A stretch of 63,261 bases of DNA, counting the filler, from Candidatus Delongbacteria bacterium (GTDB taxonomy: Bacteria > UBA4055): the NCBI GenBank assembly GCA_016937995.1. It is 3 parts of 3 records of this genome, joined end to end, with 100 filler letters (N's around TTAATTAATTAA, not from the genome) between each part and the next. Parts side by side here need not be neighbours in the genome. Positions count along the whole stretch, not along the records: positions 30,806 to 58,415 come from JAFGVM010000036.1; 2 more parts are not named here. One strand, 5' to 3'. The notes under the pieces are model-generated. The model was not told the origin of the DNA. It was given only the letters and a program-made list of their open reading frames with translations, and did no database searches. A program made the translations under genes and the position numbers. Shown piece by piece: positions 40,406 through 50,715 of this stretch. Positions within the stretch are counted from its first letter, which is position 1. Each line of letters starts with the position of its first letter.

Positions 40406-41953
40406 TTACTCGCTGATAAATACTTTTTTGCTTCTATTTCCATATGATATCAACTTTCCATCCATAATGCTTATCCCCTTCAGGTCAGAATCAGGAGCTA
40501 ATATAATTTCTTCAATCGCAGGTTGGATATCTCCATTATAGACAGCTTTACTCACGTTAACTTTGTATATCAGGTCTTTTGAAAGCTTATTGGCTAATAT
40601 GTACAGTGTGTTATCTTTGCAATATAGATTTTTGATATAAAACTCACTCTTAATTTTAAAGCTTGTCTGATTTTTTAAGTTTTTACCCTTTTTTAGATCT
40701 TCTGTCTTACAGAAATATAAATATCCTGAAAAAATATAATCATTGATTACTATAAATTTTTCATTATTGAAATTTACTGTAGCCAGTGTACTTGATGATT
40801 CGAAACCTGTATTATATTCATCTATAACTTCGGTTTTATTACTGTTTATCAGTGCGGTAAGGTCAAGTTTATACACTTTATTCAAGAGGTCATCAATAAG
40901 ATAAAAATACTCTCCGTCAAATTCAATGTCTTTTACTTTTGTCAGGTATGACGGAAGATCAAATGATCTATAGAACTCGATCTTGTTCCCATCAATTTTA
41001 TGGACAAATAATTTTGATTGTTCGTTTGAAGTAGAGGCTACAAGTATAAAGTTATTTATAGTCACTATACCAGTATTTGTGAATTCACCTTTATGGTGAA
41101 GATCATCGACTGCTTTCCAGTTCAATCTCTTAACATCACTTTCGATCTTATTTTTTATCAGGTCAAGAAAATATGGAGATATCAGGAACATCATAACTAT
41201 TAATAAAGTGCTCGTTACCGTTTTATAAATACCCTTTACGCTGCCCAGACTGAATAAATAATCGACCAGAGAATAAAGTGTAACACCTATTACAAGGAAT
41301 GAAATTGAAAATGTTGTAAGGTAGTTTATGTGGAAATGAATATTATTCAAATTAAACAACATGGTCACAAGTATGATCATAAGTCCTATGATTATGCCGA
41401 GAAGTTTTCCTTTTATCCTGAAGATAAGTAACAAAGCTATATTAAGGATCAGACCAATGGCTGCAGATCTATATAGAAATGTATCAGATAAGGTTCCGCC
41501 ATCCTGGATTACGTTTATCATTAGAGCGTACATCAGTAGGTACTGACCGCCAAACTGTACTGCTCCTTTTAGTTTGCCACTGAACCTTGCACTCATAACT
41601 GTTCCCGAGAAAGAAGCAAAGATCCTTACATAAGCCACAATTATATCTCTGAAAAAGAAAAATACCATGAACCATATCGGGAACAGACCATGATAAGCCA
41701 AAGCGAAAAAATAAAAGAATCTCGAGATCGAGTCTGACAGGGGATCAAGTATCTTTCCAAGATCGGTTACAAGCTTATCTCTCCTCGCAACGTAACCATC
41801 GATTATATCCGACACTTCTGAAAGGCTCATGATAACATATGCTATGACCAATAATTTTATATTTCCACTGAAGATCAGTAGCACGCCTATTATTGTCAGT
41901 ATCACTCTTGAAATTGTTATAATGTTCACTTTATTGATGTATTTTCTATCCAT
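40406..41953 (-). CDS. CDP-alcohol phosphatidyltransferase with extra TM helices and a soluble beta-rich C-terminal domain
   Basis: DIIDGYVARR-x-GKILDPLSD signature; about 245-aa hydrophilic tail with blade-like DIEFDGEYFYLID. Confidence 0.8.
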   Translation of the reverse strand: MDRKYINKVNIITISRVILTIIGVLLIFSGNIKLLVIAYVIMSLSEVSDIIDGYVARRDKLVTDLGKILDPLSDSISRFFYFFALAYHGLFPIWFMVFFFFRDIIVAYVRIFASFSGTVMSARFSGKLKGAVQFGGQYLLMYALMINVIQDGGTLSDTFLYRSAAIGLILNIALLLIFRIKGKLLGIIIGLMIILVTMLFNLNNIHFHINYLTTFSISFLVIGVTLYSLVDYLFSLGSVKGIYKTVTSTLLIVMMFLISPYFLDLIKNKIESDVKRLNWKAVDDLHHKGEFTNTGIVTINNFILVASTSNEQSKLFVHKIDGNKIEFYRSFDLPSYLTKVKDIEFDGEYFYLIDDLLNKVYKLDLTALINSNKTEVIDEYNTGFESSSTLATVNFNNEKFIVINDYIFSGYLYFCKTEDLKKGKNLKNQTSFKIKSEFYIKNLYCKDNTLYILANKLSKDLIYKVNVSKAVYNGDIQPAIEEIILAPDSDLKGISIMDGKLISYGNRSKKVFISE

Positions 41954-42034
41954 TTTATCCGCTATGTTTATTTTTTATTATATTTAATTATGAAGATACA
42001 CATTCGGGATGTTAAAGTCACTAATAAAAATTTC

Positions 42035-43174
42035 TCAGTTGGCTACATATTCAACAAGTTCTTCCTCAATGCTGTCCCAGGAATATTTTCTGCCCAAGTT
42101 AATACAATTTTCTTTCATATCCCTCAATAATCCGGGATCATTCAGCATTATATTCAGAGTCTCATAAATCATTTTTTGATCGGAAGGATCAATTACTTTT
42201 CCAACAATATTGTCTTTTACCACTTTACTCATTTCAGGAAAATTTGAAGCTAGTTGAGGTATACCTGCCTGAATATACTCGAACATTTTATTTGGTGTTG
42301 ACCAGAAGAAACTTTTACCGCTGTTCTTTATCAGACAAAGACCAATGTCAGCACACACAGTATAGTTTATCAGTTCGTTGTGAGGTACTTCGTTCAAAAA
42401 AAATATCCTTTCGAACAAATTGAGCTCTTTAGATAATTCTTTCAGCTTTTCTTTTTCTATACCTTCCCCAATTAAGACCAGAACAGCATTCTTGTCAACA
42501 TTAACAAATGCTCTCAATACATCATCAAGACCGTTATTGAAAAGAATATGCCCCTGATAAAGCACTATCTTCTTTTTATTATCTATGTTCAGGATCTCAT
42601 GCAACAAATTCTTTGAAGAGGGAATTTCTTTTATCATTGGCAGGTTTGTAAATACTTTAATATCTTTAAGACCATATATTTTTTTCAGTTCTTCAGCGAT
42701 CGGATTAGATACAGTGATCACTTTATCTGCACGTTTTATAAAAAAATTCTCATACCTGATCCAAAAATTTTTAACGAACGGCCTGTTCTCGATATGACTG
42801 TTACCATGCCAGAATTCATGAGCATCATAAACGAACGGGATTCCTTTGAAAATTGCAGCGACATACACAGGCAATAAAGGAAAAATATCATGTGAATATA
42901 TCACATCAGCTTTAGTTACAAGTAACTTAAAAAATAATTTGATCCAATAGATGATCATGTTTACCGGGAAAGAGAATGATCTGTAGATCTTTATCCTTCT
43001 TACTTTAATGCCTTCCCATGCCGAAAGTTCTTTATCATTGTCAAATTTGATACCGATGACCTTTGATCTATGCCCGGATTTAAGAAAACTGTTCGCAACT
43101 TTGTATCCTCTGTACTCAGTGTACAAATGATCATAAACTGCAAAAACTATATTTTTTTTCTTAGATTTCTTCAT
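42035..43174 (-). CDS. Glycosyltransferase family 4
   Basis: YDAHE, ADIGL, PNKMFEYIQAGIP. Confidence 0.88.
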   Translation of the reverse strand: MKKSKKKNIVFAVYDHLYTEYRGYKVANSFLKSGHRSKVIGIKFDNDKELSAWEGIKVRRIKIYRSFSFPVNMIIYWIKLFFKLLVTKADVIYSHDIFPLLPVYVAAIFKGIPFVYDAHEFWHGNSHIENRPFVKNFWIRYENFFIKRADKVITVSNPIAEELKKIYGLKDIKVFTNLPMIKEIPSSKNLLHEILNIDNKKKIVLYQGHILFNNGLDDVLRAFVNVDKNAVLVLIGEGIEKEKLKELSKELNLFERIFFLNEVPHNELINYTVCADIGLCLIKNSGKSFFWSTPNKMFEYIQAGIPQLASNFPEMSKVVKDNIVGKVIDPSDQKMIYETLNIMLNDPGLLRDMKENCINLGRKYSWDSIEEELVEYVAN

Positions 43175-43189
43175 CTTTTGTTTTGTTGT

Positions 43190-43218
43190 GTAGACACGTA
43201 GCAGTGCTGCGCCTTTAC
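43190..43218 (+). repeat. Degenerate GTAG-REP overlapping a stop codon
   Basis: GTAGACACGTAGCAGTGCTGCGCCTTTAC, similar to the 33172 element. Confidence 0.55.
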
Positions 43219-43952
43219 TTCAACACATCCTTGTTCAATCTGTAAAACCCATCGAAATTCTCAGGTTTCAACCAATAGTATTTCAACTGATCGTAGTTTG
43301 TTATGACCACAGCATTTTTACTGTCAGAAGCGTATATCAATTTAAAATCTTTTTCAGATATTTTATCAATGACCATTGCAAGCATTCCATTTTTCAACTT
43401 CACAAGATCACCATTTCTAAGCATAGAACTTTTAACTCTATAGATATTTTTTCTGATCTCATCCATTTGCATATAACCTTTAAAACTCCGTCCGGATTTT
43501 TCTGCTGCGTGTTGATACATCTTACAGATCAAATGTGAATTATCTGTAGCTTTGTCTTTATCCGGGTCCTTACCTTCTCTGAGAGGCAGACCTTCATACT
43601 TTTTTGCAAGTTTATTTATCTGAGACCCGAAATCAGAATTATCACTGATCAATGTATCTTCGGAGTCTGGAGAAATACTTTCTGAGATCTCATCTTCAAA
43701 CTGCATATTCATATCATCCTCTTCGCTTGAAATGATTTCTTCCTCCTTTTGAACAGTCTCAGGTTTATCAACAACTTCCTTGACCTTGTCTTTAATATTG
43801 TCTACTGATCTATCAAAAAAAGATTTGTCTCTAAAAAAGAAATAATATCCGCCGTATATCAGTGCACCAACTATCAGTAGCGAGAACACAGAGTCCATGA
43901 ATGAACTGCTTGTTGCTTTTTTATTTTTTTTTCCTGTTTTTTTCTTTGCCAT
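43215..43952 (-). CDS. Membrane-anchored NlpC/P60-like protein lacking catalytic residues
   Basis: Basic N-terminus plus one TM (start ATG 43952); AKKYEGLP..ATDNSHL..LRNGDLV..IYASDS..YYW pattern. Confidence 0.65.
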   Translation of the reverse strand: MAKKKTGKKNKKATSSSFMDSVFSLLIVGALIYGGYYFFFRDKSFFDRSVDNIKDKVKEVVDKPETVQKEEEIISSEEDDMNMQFEDEISESISPDSEDTLISDNSDFGSQINKLAKKYEGLPLREGKDPDKDKATDNSHLICKMYQHAAEKSGRSFKGYMQMDEIRKNIYRVKSSMLRNGDLVKLKNGMLAMVIDKISEKDFKLIYASDSKNAVVITNYDQLKYYWLKPENFDGFYRLNKDVLK

Positions 43953-44002
43953 TTTTGTTCCTTGATTTTTTACTTTTTGAAGGTTTATTAGAGTGAGACA
44001 GA

Positions 44003-44575
44003 CTAAATTACGAATATCAGCAGTTGTACACAACCGATCACAAATCCCAGGACCCCGCCAAAATATGTAACATAAGCGAGTTCTTTTCTGGTAACGCTGA
44101 TGATTATTTCCTCTAATCTTTCAAGCGAGAATTCCTTAACTTTCCTGGTCACAGTATCTTTTACATCCATTTCATCGAGTATAGAAGGCAGTTCAGTATC
44201 TATCATACCAATAACCTTTTCAGATATCATCTGCTTAATATCATCAGTAATGAAAGAGGATAATATTCCGAACTGACCGTACATTGAATCCAGTGCTTTG
44301 TATATCTTATTTTTAACCTCATCTTTTTTGAAAAGATCATGAAGTGAATCAGCGGTAACCAGATGCTCTCCAACAGTTTCACCGATCTTCTCAGCCAGTC
44401 TGTGATGCTCTTTTGGTATAACTCCGGGTGTGAACGGAAGAGTCATTCCAAGAAATTTTATCGGTTTAAATGGTCTGAATAACATTTTAATTGCCAGATA
44501 ATTTGTAAATAAACCGATTATAGCTCCAATTACAGGTATCATTATATACTTAATTGTTTGTGAATCCATTGACAC
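44003..44575 (-). CDS. DUF445 family protein
   Basis: GAIIGLFTNYLAIKMLFRP..PGVIPK; EL..V..FGGVLGFVIG. Confidence 0.88.
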   Translation of the reverse strand: MSMDSQTIKYIMIPVIGAIIGLFTNYLAIKMLFRPFKPIKFLGMTLPFTPGVIPKEHHRLAEKIGETVGEHLVTADSLHDLFKKDEVKNKIYKALDSMYGQFGILSSFITDDIKQMISEKVIGMIDTELPSILDEMDVKDTVTRKVKEFSLERLEEIIISVTRKELAYVTYFGGVLGFVIGCVQLLIFVI

Positions 44576-45312
44576 TATATCTCCTTTATTTTCACTGCCA
44601 CAGCCTGATATCTGTCCAGTTTTGTATCTTTAACTGCCTTTTTCTTAAGGAATGGAAGTAGTTTTACAAGCTTAAAGCCGTTTAGTTTCAACAATTCTTT
44701 AATTTCATCAGATGTATACCCTCTTTCATAATGTGTTTCATTGAAAGAAGCATACTTACCTTCCTCTTCTTTGATAAAGAACTTCATTTTACACTCTAAA
44801 ATTAACGTATCGTAATTAAATTTGGAATCGTAAGAAATAAAGAACTGATCTGTTTCTTCAATTCTTACTCCTTCCCATTCATTTATCAAACCGAATACTG
44901 TGTTAAAATCAAAAATAAAGATCCCATCGGCATTCATAACCTTGTTAGTTGCTGCAAAACATCTTGAAAGTTTATTTTTGTCTGTGATATAATTGATCGT
45001 ATCAAAGCATGAAATAACATTATCGAACTTTCTTTTTAGTTTAAAGTTGGTCATATCCGCCTGAAAAAAATCCACCCCGGGGTGTTTATACTTTGAAATA
45101 TTTATCATCTCCTCAGAATTATCTAGTCCTGCTACCTCATAACCCAGTTGCCTGAAGTATATTAGCTCTTCAGAAGTACCGCATCCCAGATCTAGGATGT
45201 TTGTTCTCTCTCCGCCTGCATTTATTATCAGATCATCCAGATAATCGACCAGATCATTATAATCAAAAGGTTCCATTATCATATCGTAGTATTGCGCTAT
45301 TTTATTAAACAT
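44575..45312 (-). CDS. Class I SAM-dependent methyltransferase
   Basis: ILDLGCGT, GLDNSEEM, DTINY, GIFIFD. Confidence 0.88.
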   Translation of the reverse strand: MFNKIAQYYDMIMEPFDYNDLVDYLDDLIINAGGERTNILDLGCGTSEELIYFRQLGYEVAGLDNSEEMINISKYKHPGVDFFQADMTNFKLKRKFDNVISCFDTINYITDKNKLSRCFAATNKVMNADGIFIFDFNTVFGLINEWEGVRIEETDQFFISYDSKFNYDTLILECKMKFFIKEEEGKYASFNETHYERGYTSDEIKELLKLNGFKLVKLLPFLKKKAVKDTKLDRYQAVAVKIKEI

Positions 45313-46100
45313 TATTGCTGCTCACCCAGTTTAGTTTTTATTATCGTTAAAAGATCTCGATGGATCTGTTCATTTCCAATGACGATACATCCATGATCAA
45401 AGTACTTTTTTCCGCCATTGAAATCTGTGAATATACCTCCTGCCTCTTCCAATATGACCTTCCCTGCTGCGATATCCCACGGGGAAAGCCATCCCTCGTA
45501 AAATCCTTCAAATCTACCGCAAGCTGTATAAGCGAGATCTATAGCTGCACTGCCCATTCTTCTGATACCACTGCAATTACTTAAAACTTCAGCAAGACAT
45601 TCAAAATAAACTTTTATCTTCTCTGGTTTTCTGAACGGCATACCAGTGGCTATTATTGATCTGGAAATATTTTTTTCCTTTGATACTGTTATAGGACTGT
45701 TGTTCATGAAGGACCCTTTACCCTTAACTGCGTGAAAAAGTTCATCCGTATACGGTTGATATATAACACCTACCTGAACATCATTCCTGTTGTAATATGC
45801 TATTGATACCGCACTGTGTTTAAGACCGTGAATAAAATTAGTTGTGCCGTCAAGAGGATCTATGATCCACAGGTCGTTAACAGGTTCAAAATTCTGACCA
45901 TCCTCCTCAGCCAAGAAATTATGAGCCGGATACTCTTTTGAAATTATCTCTTTTATCCTGTCCTGACATTTTATATCTACTTCAGTAACATAGTCAGACC
46001 TGGATTTCTCATGAATGATCTCAGCTTTACTATGCAGGATTATTTTACCCGCTTCTCTTGCAGCTTCCTTAGCAATATTTAAAATTTGTGTATAATCCAT
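45312..46100 (-). CDS. suhB: Inositol monophosphatase family protein
   Basis: DYVTEVD, WIIDPLDGTTNF, RRMGSAAIDL, WDIAAG; ATG 46100 preferred. Confidence 0.9.
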   Translation of the reverse strand: MDYTQILNIAKEAAREAGKIILHSKAEIIHEKSRSDYVTEVDIKCQDRIKEIISKEYPAHNFLAEEDGQNFEPVNDLWIIDPLDGTTNFIHGLKHSAVSIAYYNRNDVQVGVIYQPYTDELFHAVKGKGSFMNNSPITVSKEKNISRSIIATGMPFRKPEKIKVYFECLAEVLSNCSGIRRMGSAAIDLAYTACGRFEGFYEGWLSPWDIAAGKVILEEAGGIFTDFNGGKKYFDHGCIVIGNEQIHRDLLTIIKTKLGEQQ

Positions 46101-46102
46101 TA

Positions 46103-47782
46103 CTATTCTACACAATGATAAAAATATTTAAGATCTTCAATATCTGCTTTGTCTTTGACGTAATCTTTCTTCTCAGGTTTTTTCAGCGTCTTTGCAAGTT
46201 TTTCTGCTTCAACAAAATACTTTTTTCTGAACTTTTCTATATCTTTTTGCTCGATGTCTTTCAATTCATATTTTTTTAGGACATTCAAACTTCTCGATTT
46301 TTCAGTATAGTTAATATTTGTCCATTCTGAAGTATTAATGTTGAACTTATACTGGAACAGGAACTTATCGCCATAATCAGAAATGAAATTTATAGCTTTG
46401 ATAAGAAAATCTATATCTTTCTTGGTAAAAACAAAATGCAAATTTATTCTTACCCATCCCGGTTTCACTCCGGTAATTCCCTGAACGATCTTTTTCCTGT
46501 ATTTATCAGATGTTTTTATATCAATATGTAATAACCTGTGTCCGTAAGGTCCTGCACAACTGCAACCTGCTCTTGATTGAATTCCAAAGAGATCGCTCAG
46601 CAACCTTGTTACCAGCCTTGGATGAAGATAACGATCTTCATGTTTTATATTGAATGAAATTATCGGGATCCTGTTTTTTGGATCTCTGTTCCCGATTATT
46701 TCAATTTTATCATTGTTCAATATTGAGCTGAAAAAAATATTTTTATTTTCATCCTCTACTTCTTCAATGGTATCGATCCCGATCTTCTCCTTTGTTTCCA
46801 TTGCCAAAGCGGTTTTAATGGTTTGTAAAATAGGAGGTGTCCCGGCTTTTTCCCTTGTTTCTATATCTGAAGAATAATCCTGCTGAAAATATCCTACATA
46901 ATCGACCGTACCTCCACCTGCAGTTGTAGGAGGAAGATCATTTCTATACAACTTCTGATGAAAGATCAGCACACCTGCACTTCCCGGCCCTCCCAGAAAT
47001 TTATGCGGAGAAAAGAATATAGCATCGAAATAATTATCTTTATCTTTTTCAATATCTACTTTGACATAAGGTGCTATTGCTGCAAAATCGAAAAATGCAT
47101 AAGCATTATGCTTATGTGCTATCCTTGCTATTTCATAGCTATCCGATACAATACCTGTAATGTTTGATCCGGCTGAGAATGAGCAAATTTTTATCCTGTT
47201 CCTGTATTTACTATCTGATATTTTATCTCTAAAATCCCTGAGATTGATCAGTCCGTCATCTCCAAGTTCGATCACAACCAATTCTGCGAACGCCTCTCTC
47301 CACATAAGCTCATTGGTATGATGTTCATAAGGACCAATAAAAACCACAGGTTTATCAATATTTATCTTTTCCAGAACAGAACAGTCTTTACATCCCAGGC
47401 TTTTGATCGAAGTATAGATCCTATCCCGTGTAGCAGGAGGTATATAGACACCCATTATCTCCTGTAATTTTTTTAATGCTCCTGTCGAACCAGAACCGGT
47501 TGAGATTATTTTGTAATTTTCTCCTGCATTAACATATTTCTTGATCATTTCCTCTGACTGGTGAAGAATGTTCGTTAAATATTTACCGGTATAATCATCT
47601 GTCGTATGCGTATTGGCATAAGATTTCTCTATATTTAGCAGTTTATCCTCTATGAATTTCAAGTTACGTCCGGATGCTGTATAATCAGCATAAAATAGAT
47701 TTCTTTCACCGTAAGGAGTTTCAATAACGGAATAGTTACCGATAATTTCTTTCCTTACATAATCCAGGCTTAATTTTTTCAT
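46103..47782 (-). CDS. Class V PLP aminotransferase / cysteine desulfurase-like protein
   Basis: YADYTASGR, SPHKFLGGPG, QSRAGCSCAGPYGH, KPGWVR. Confidence 0.88.
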   Translation of the reverse strand: MKKLSLDYVRKEIIGNYSVIETPYGERNLFYADYTASGRNLKFIEDKLLNIEKSYANTHTTDDYTGKYLTNILHQSEEMIKKYVNAGENYKIISTGSGSTGALKKLQEIMGVYIPPATRDRIYTSIKSLGCKDCSVLEKINIDKPVVFIGPYEHHTNELMWREAFAELVVIELGDDGLINLRDFRDKISDSKYRNRIKICSFSAGSNITGIVSDSYEIARIAHKHNAYAFFDFAAIAPYVKVDIEKDKDNYFDAIFFSPHKFLGGPGSAGVLIFHQKLYRNDLPPTTAGGGTVDYVGYFQQDYSSDIETREKAGTPPILQTIKTALAMETKEKIGIDTIEEVEDENKNIFFSSILNNDKIEIIGNRDPKNRIPIISFNIKHEDRYLHPRLVTRLLSDLFGIQSRAGCSCAGPYGHRLLHIDIKTSDKYRKKIVQGITGVKPGWVRINLHFVFTKKDIDFLIKAINFISDYGDKFLFQYKFNINTSEWTNINYTEKSRSLNVLKKYELKDIEQKDIEKFRKKYFVEAEKLAKTLKKPEKKDYVKDKADIEDLKYFYHCVE

Positions 47783-48025
47783 TTAATACCACTCTTAAAA
47801 GGTTTTTCAATTCCCCGCTATTTATAAGTTATTTAATATAAAGAAAGTTATATAAAAATTCTATCACAAATTCACTAAATTTATTGACCAGCTTGTTTAT
47901 CTTAGATTTTTGTAACATCTAATGCTCATATCGTTATATGTTTATGAATTTTATCATTGTAATTCCTCTACTATGTAATTATTTTTAAATGCTTATGATA
48001 AAAAATTAAACTTCAAGGAGTAGTT

Positions 48026-50608
48026 ATGAAGAAAGTTATGATGGGAATAGTATTGTTGATGATGACCATACTTATATCCAAACCGGTTCAGATCGATACT
48101 GCAAGAAATATCGCTTTGAATTGGTACAAAGGTTTTTCAGCCAGTAAAACAATTCCGAATATTTCTTCAGTTGATGAGATCAGATCGAATGATAACGTAG
48201 ACATTTATGTTTTCAATATGACCGAAGGTTTTGTTCTTGTGGCCGGGGATGATGCATCTGTTCCGGTATTAGGCTACTCTTTTGATAAAACTTTTGTTTA
48301 TTCTGAGGAAAAATCCAACATTAAATTCTGGATCGATGCTTACAGAACAAGTTTGAAAGAAATAAGATATAACGAACTAAGCAATGAAACTACTCTTGAA
48401 AAATGGAATAATATCCTTAGCAATGAGATAGTATCAAAGGATTCTAAGGCTGTTGCCCCCTTGTTGTCAACAACTTGGAATCAAAGTCCGATCTACAACG
48501 ACTATTGTCCACTGGATGGCGGAAGTTTATCAGTAGTTGGTTGTGTAGCTACTGCAATGTCACAGATCATGAAGTACCATTCTTATCCTCTTCACGGGAA
48601 CGGTGAGCACAGCTATAATGAATTAGGTCAGGACCTTTACGTTAATTATTTTTTCTCAACATATAACTGGGATGAAATGCCGAACAGTTTATCTTCCAGC
48701 TCAACTCCTGTTCAAAAGCATGAAGTTGCACAGATATCATACCATGCCGGTGTTTCTGTTGAGATGATGTATGGAGCAGATGGTTCAGGAGCTTATTCCA
48801 CAGACGTTCCTTATGCACTGAAAACTTACTTCAAATATAATGCAGGTGTAGGATATTATGACAGGTCTTCTTTTAACAGTGTACAATGGCATACATTGAT
48901 ATTAGAGAACCTTGACAATGCTTTACCTGTATACTATTCCGGTCAGGGACCGGACGGTGGTCATGCTTTTGTATGTGACGGTTATCAGGCTACAGATTAT
49001 TTCCATTTTAACTGGGGATGGGGTGGCTCTTCAGACGGATATTATTACTTGGACAACCTTAATCCCGGTGGTTTAACTTTTAATGATTGGCAGGCTGTAG
49101 TCAAAGATATCAGACCGGGAACTGTTGACCTTGTTGTAGATCCGTTCATTGAAGATTTTGTCAGCAGCGAAAACGAAATTGTGATAAATTTAAATGATTA
49201 CTTTACAAGTATTTCCGGTGGAACGATCGATTATTCAATTGATGATTCCAGTAACATTGTCGGGCTGACACATTCCATTACAGACAGCATATTAACTTTA
49301 ACAAAAGTCGGGAATGGTCTTTCTAAGATAGTTGTTGTTGGAACGAACAAATCTGATGGAATATTTGATGATTTTTATGTTAGATTCGGAGACCCGCTTC
49401 CGCTTGCCGGATTTGGCAATACTTATAATTTAAACGCCTTTTCCACAATAAACGCAGGTAATAATTCAGAATTGAATGCAATGGAAAAACTTTCTGTTTC
49501 CATGTGGATAAAGTTAAATCAGACCGGTATAAATCAGGGAGTTATTTCTAAAGCATCAAGCACCTCATCCGGATGGTACATACAGGTACAAAGTAATAAT
49601 ATAATTAAATTCTTTATCAAAACACAGGACGGGCTTCTCAGAAAACTTTACAGTTTAAACGCTTTAAATGCTGATGAGTGGTATCATCTTGCCGTTGTTT
49701 ACGATGGAAAAGACTTTGTTATGTATCTTAACGGGGAATACGAAAATCAAAAAGTATCCTATCCTACAGCTTCAGCGATCCAGCATGACGAATCCGACGA
49801 TCTAATTCTGGGTTCTGCACCGGGTATGTATTTTGACGGTTCTATTGATGAAGTTTGTGTCTGGGACCAGCCAAAATCACTGGATTTCTTCAGAAGTATT
49901 CTTCAAAATCAACCTTCTACTTCTGATCCTGATCTGGTTTCATACTGGAATATCGATGAAGGTTTTTACAGTGAGATCTCAGACCAGAACAATTTGAACA
50001 ATGCATTGATCGAAAATATAAACCTGGAATACTGGACAAATTCTACTGCTCCAGTAAGATATTTCATTCCAACAAATACTAATGCAACCGGAACACTACC
50101 CGGAGAAAAAGGTGCCGAATTGACATATGCAATAGTTGATAACGGTTCTTTGGGAACAATGTCAATTCTTGATCCGGTAGCCGGAACTTTCGAATACACA
50201 CCTGACACTGATGTTTTCGGTGTAGATACTCTTACTTACAAAGTATCGAAAGATATCTATTCTTAAGAAGCGATCTCTTTGATCTTCGATATTAAGGACG
50301 GCAACAGCATAGAAGATACATATGTACCGACTTCAGCAGTTCTGTATCAGAACTATCCGAATCCTTTTAACCCTGAAACTACTATCTCTTTCTCTATTGA
50401 CGAAAGCGGTCCTGTAAAACTTGTGGTCTTTGACAGAATGGGTAGGAGTATTAAAACCCTTTCAGAAGGTTTTAGCGATAAGGGTGTTCATAAAATAAAA
50501 TGGGATGGCAAGAATAATTTCGGAGAGTCCGTATCTTCCGGAGTATACTATTACATGCTTAAGACCAGGAATTTCACTGATGTAAAGAAAGCGTTACTGA
50601 TAAAATAA
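48026..50608 (+). pseudogene. C10 (streptopain/SpeB-like) secreted cysteine protease with LamG, Ig-like and C-terminal sorting domain, interrupted by one in-frame TAA at 50264-50266
   Basis: VGCVATAM, GHAFVCDGY, HFNWGWGG; ORFs 48026-50266 and 50279-50608 share a frame (..KDIYS*EAISLIFD..YQNYPNPFNP..KKALLIK). Confidence 0.8.
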
Positions 50609-50626
50609 CTCAGATCACATATAAGC

Positions 50627-50659
50627 AAAAAAGGTGGAAATGATTTTCCACCTTTTTTT
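50627..50659. terminator. Bidirectional rho-independent terminator
   Basis: AAAAAAGGTGGAAA-tgat-TTTCCACCTTTTTTT between convergent genes. Confidence 0.88.
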
Positions 50660-50715
50660 ATGTTTTGAATATTTTTTAATGGTACTATCAGAATGATTTG
50701 AAACGAGTATGATCG

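Noticed and set aside
50264..50266. Genome-wide stop-codon reassignment as the cause of the in-frame TAA
   Set aside because: TAA terminates many conserved genes at their expected ends (prfC, rpmH, gcvT)
13563..50376. 26-bp identity AACTATCCGAATCCTTTTAACCCTGA shared by two CTD-coding regions
   Set aside because: Encodes the conserved NYPNPFNP motif; protein constraint plus codon bias suffices, and there is no reverse transcriptase or adenine-specific variation to suggest a DGR
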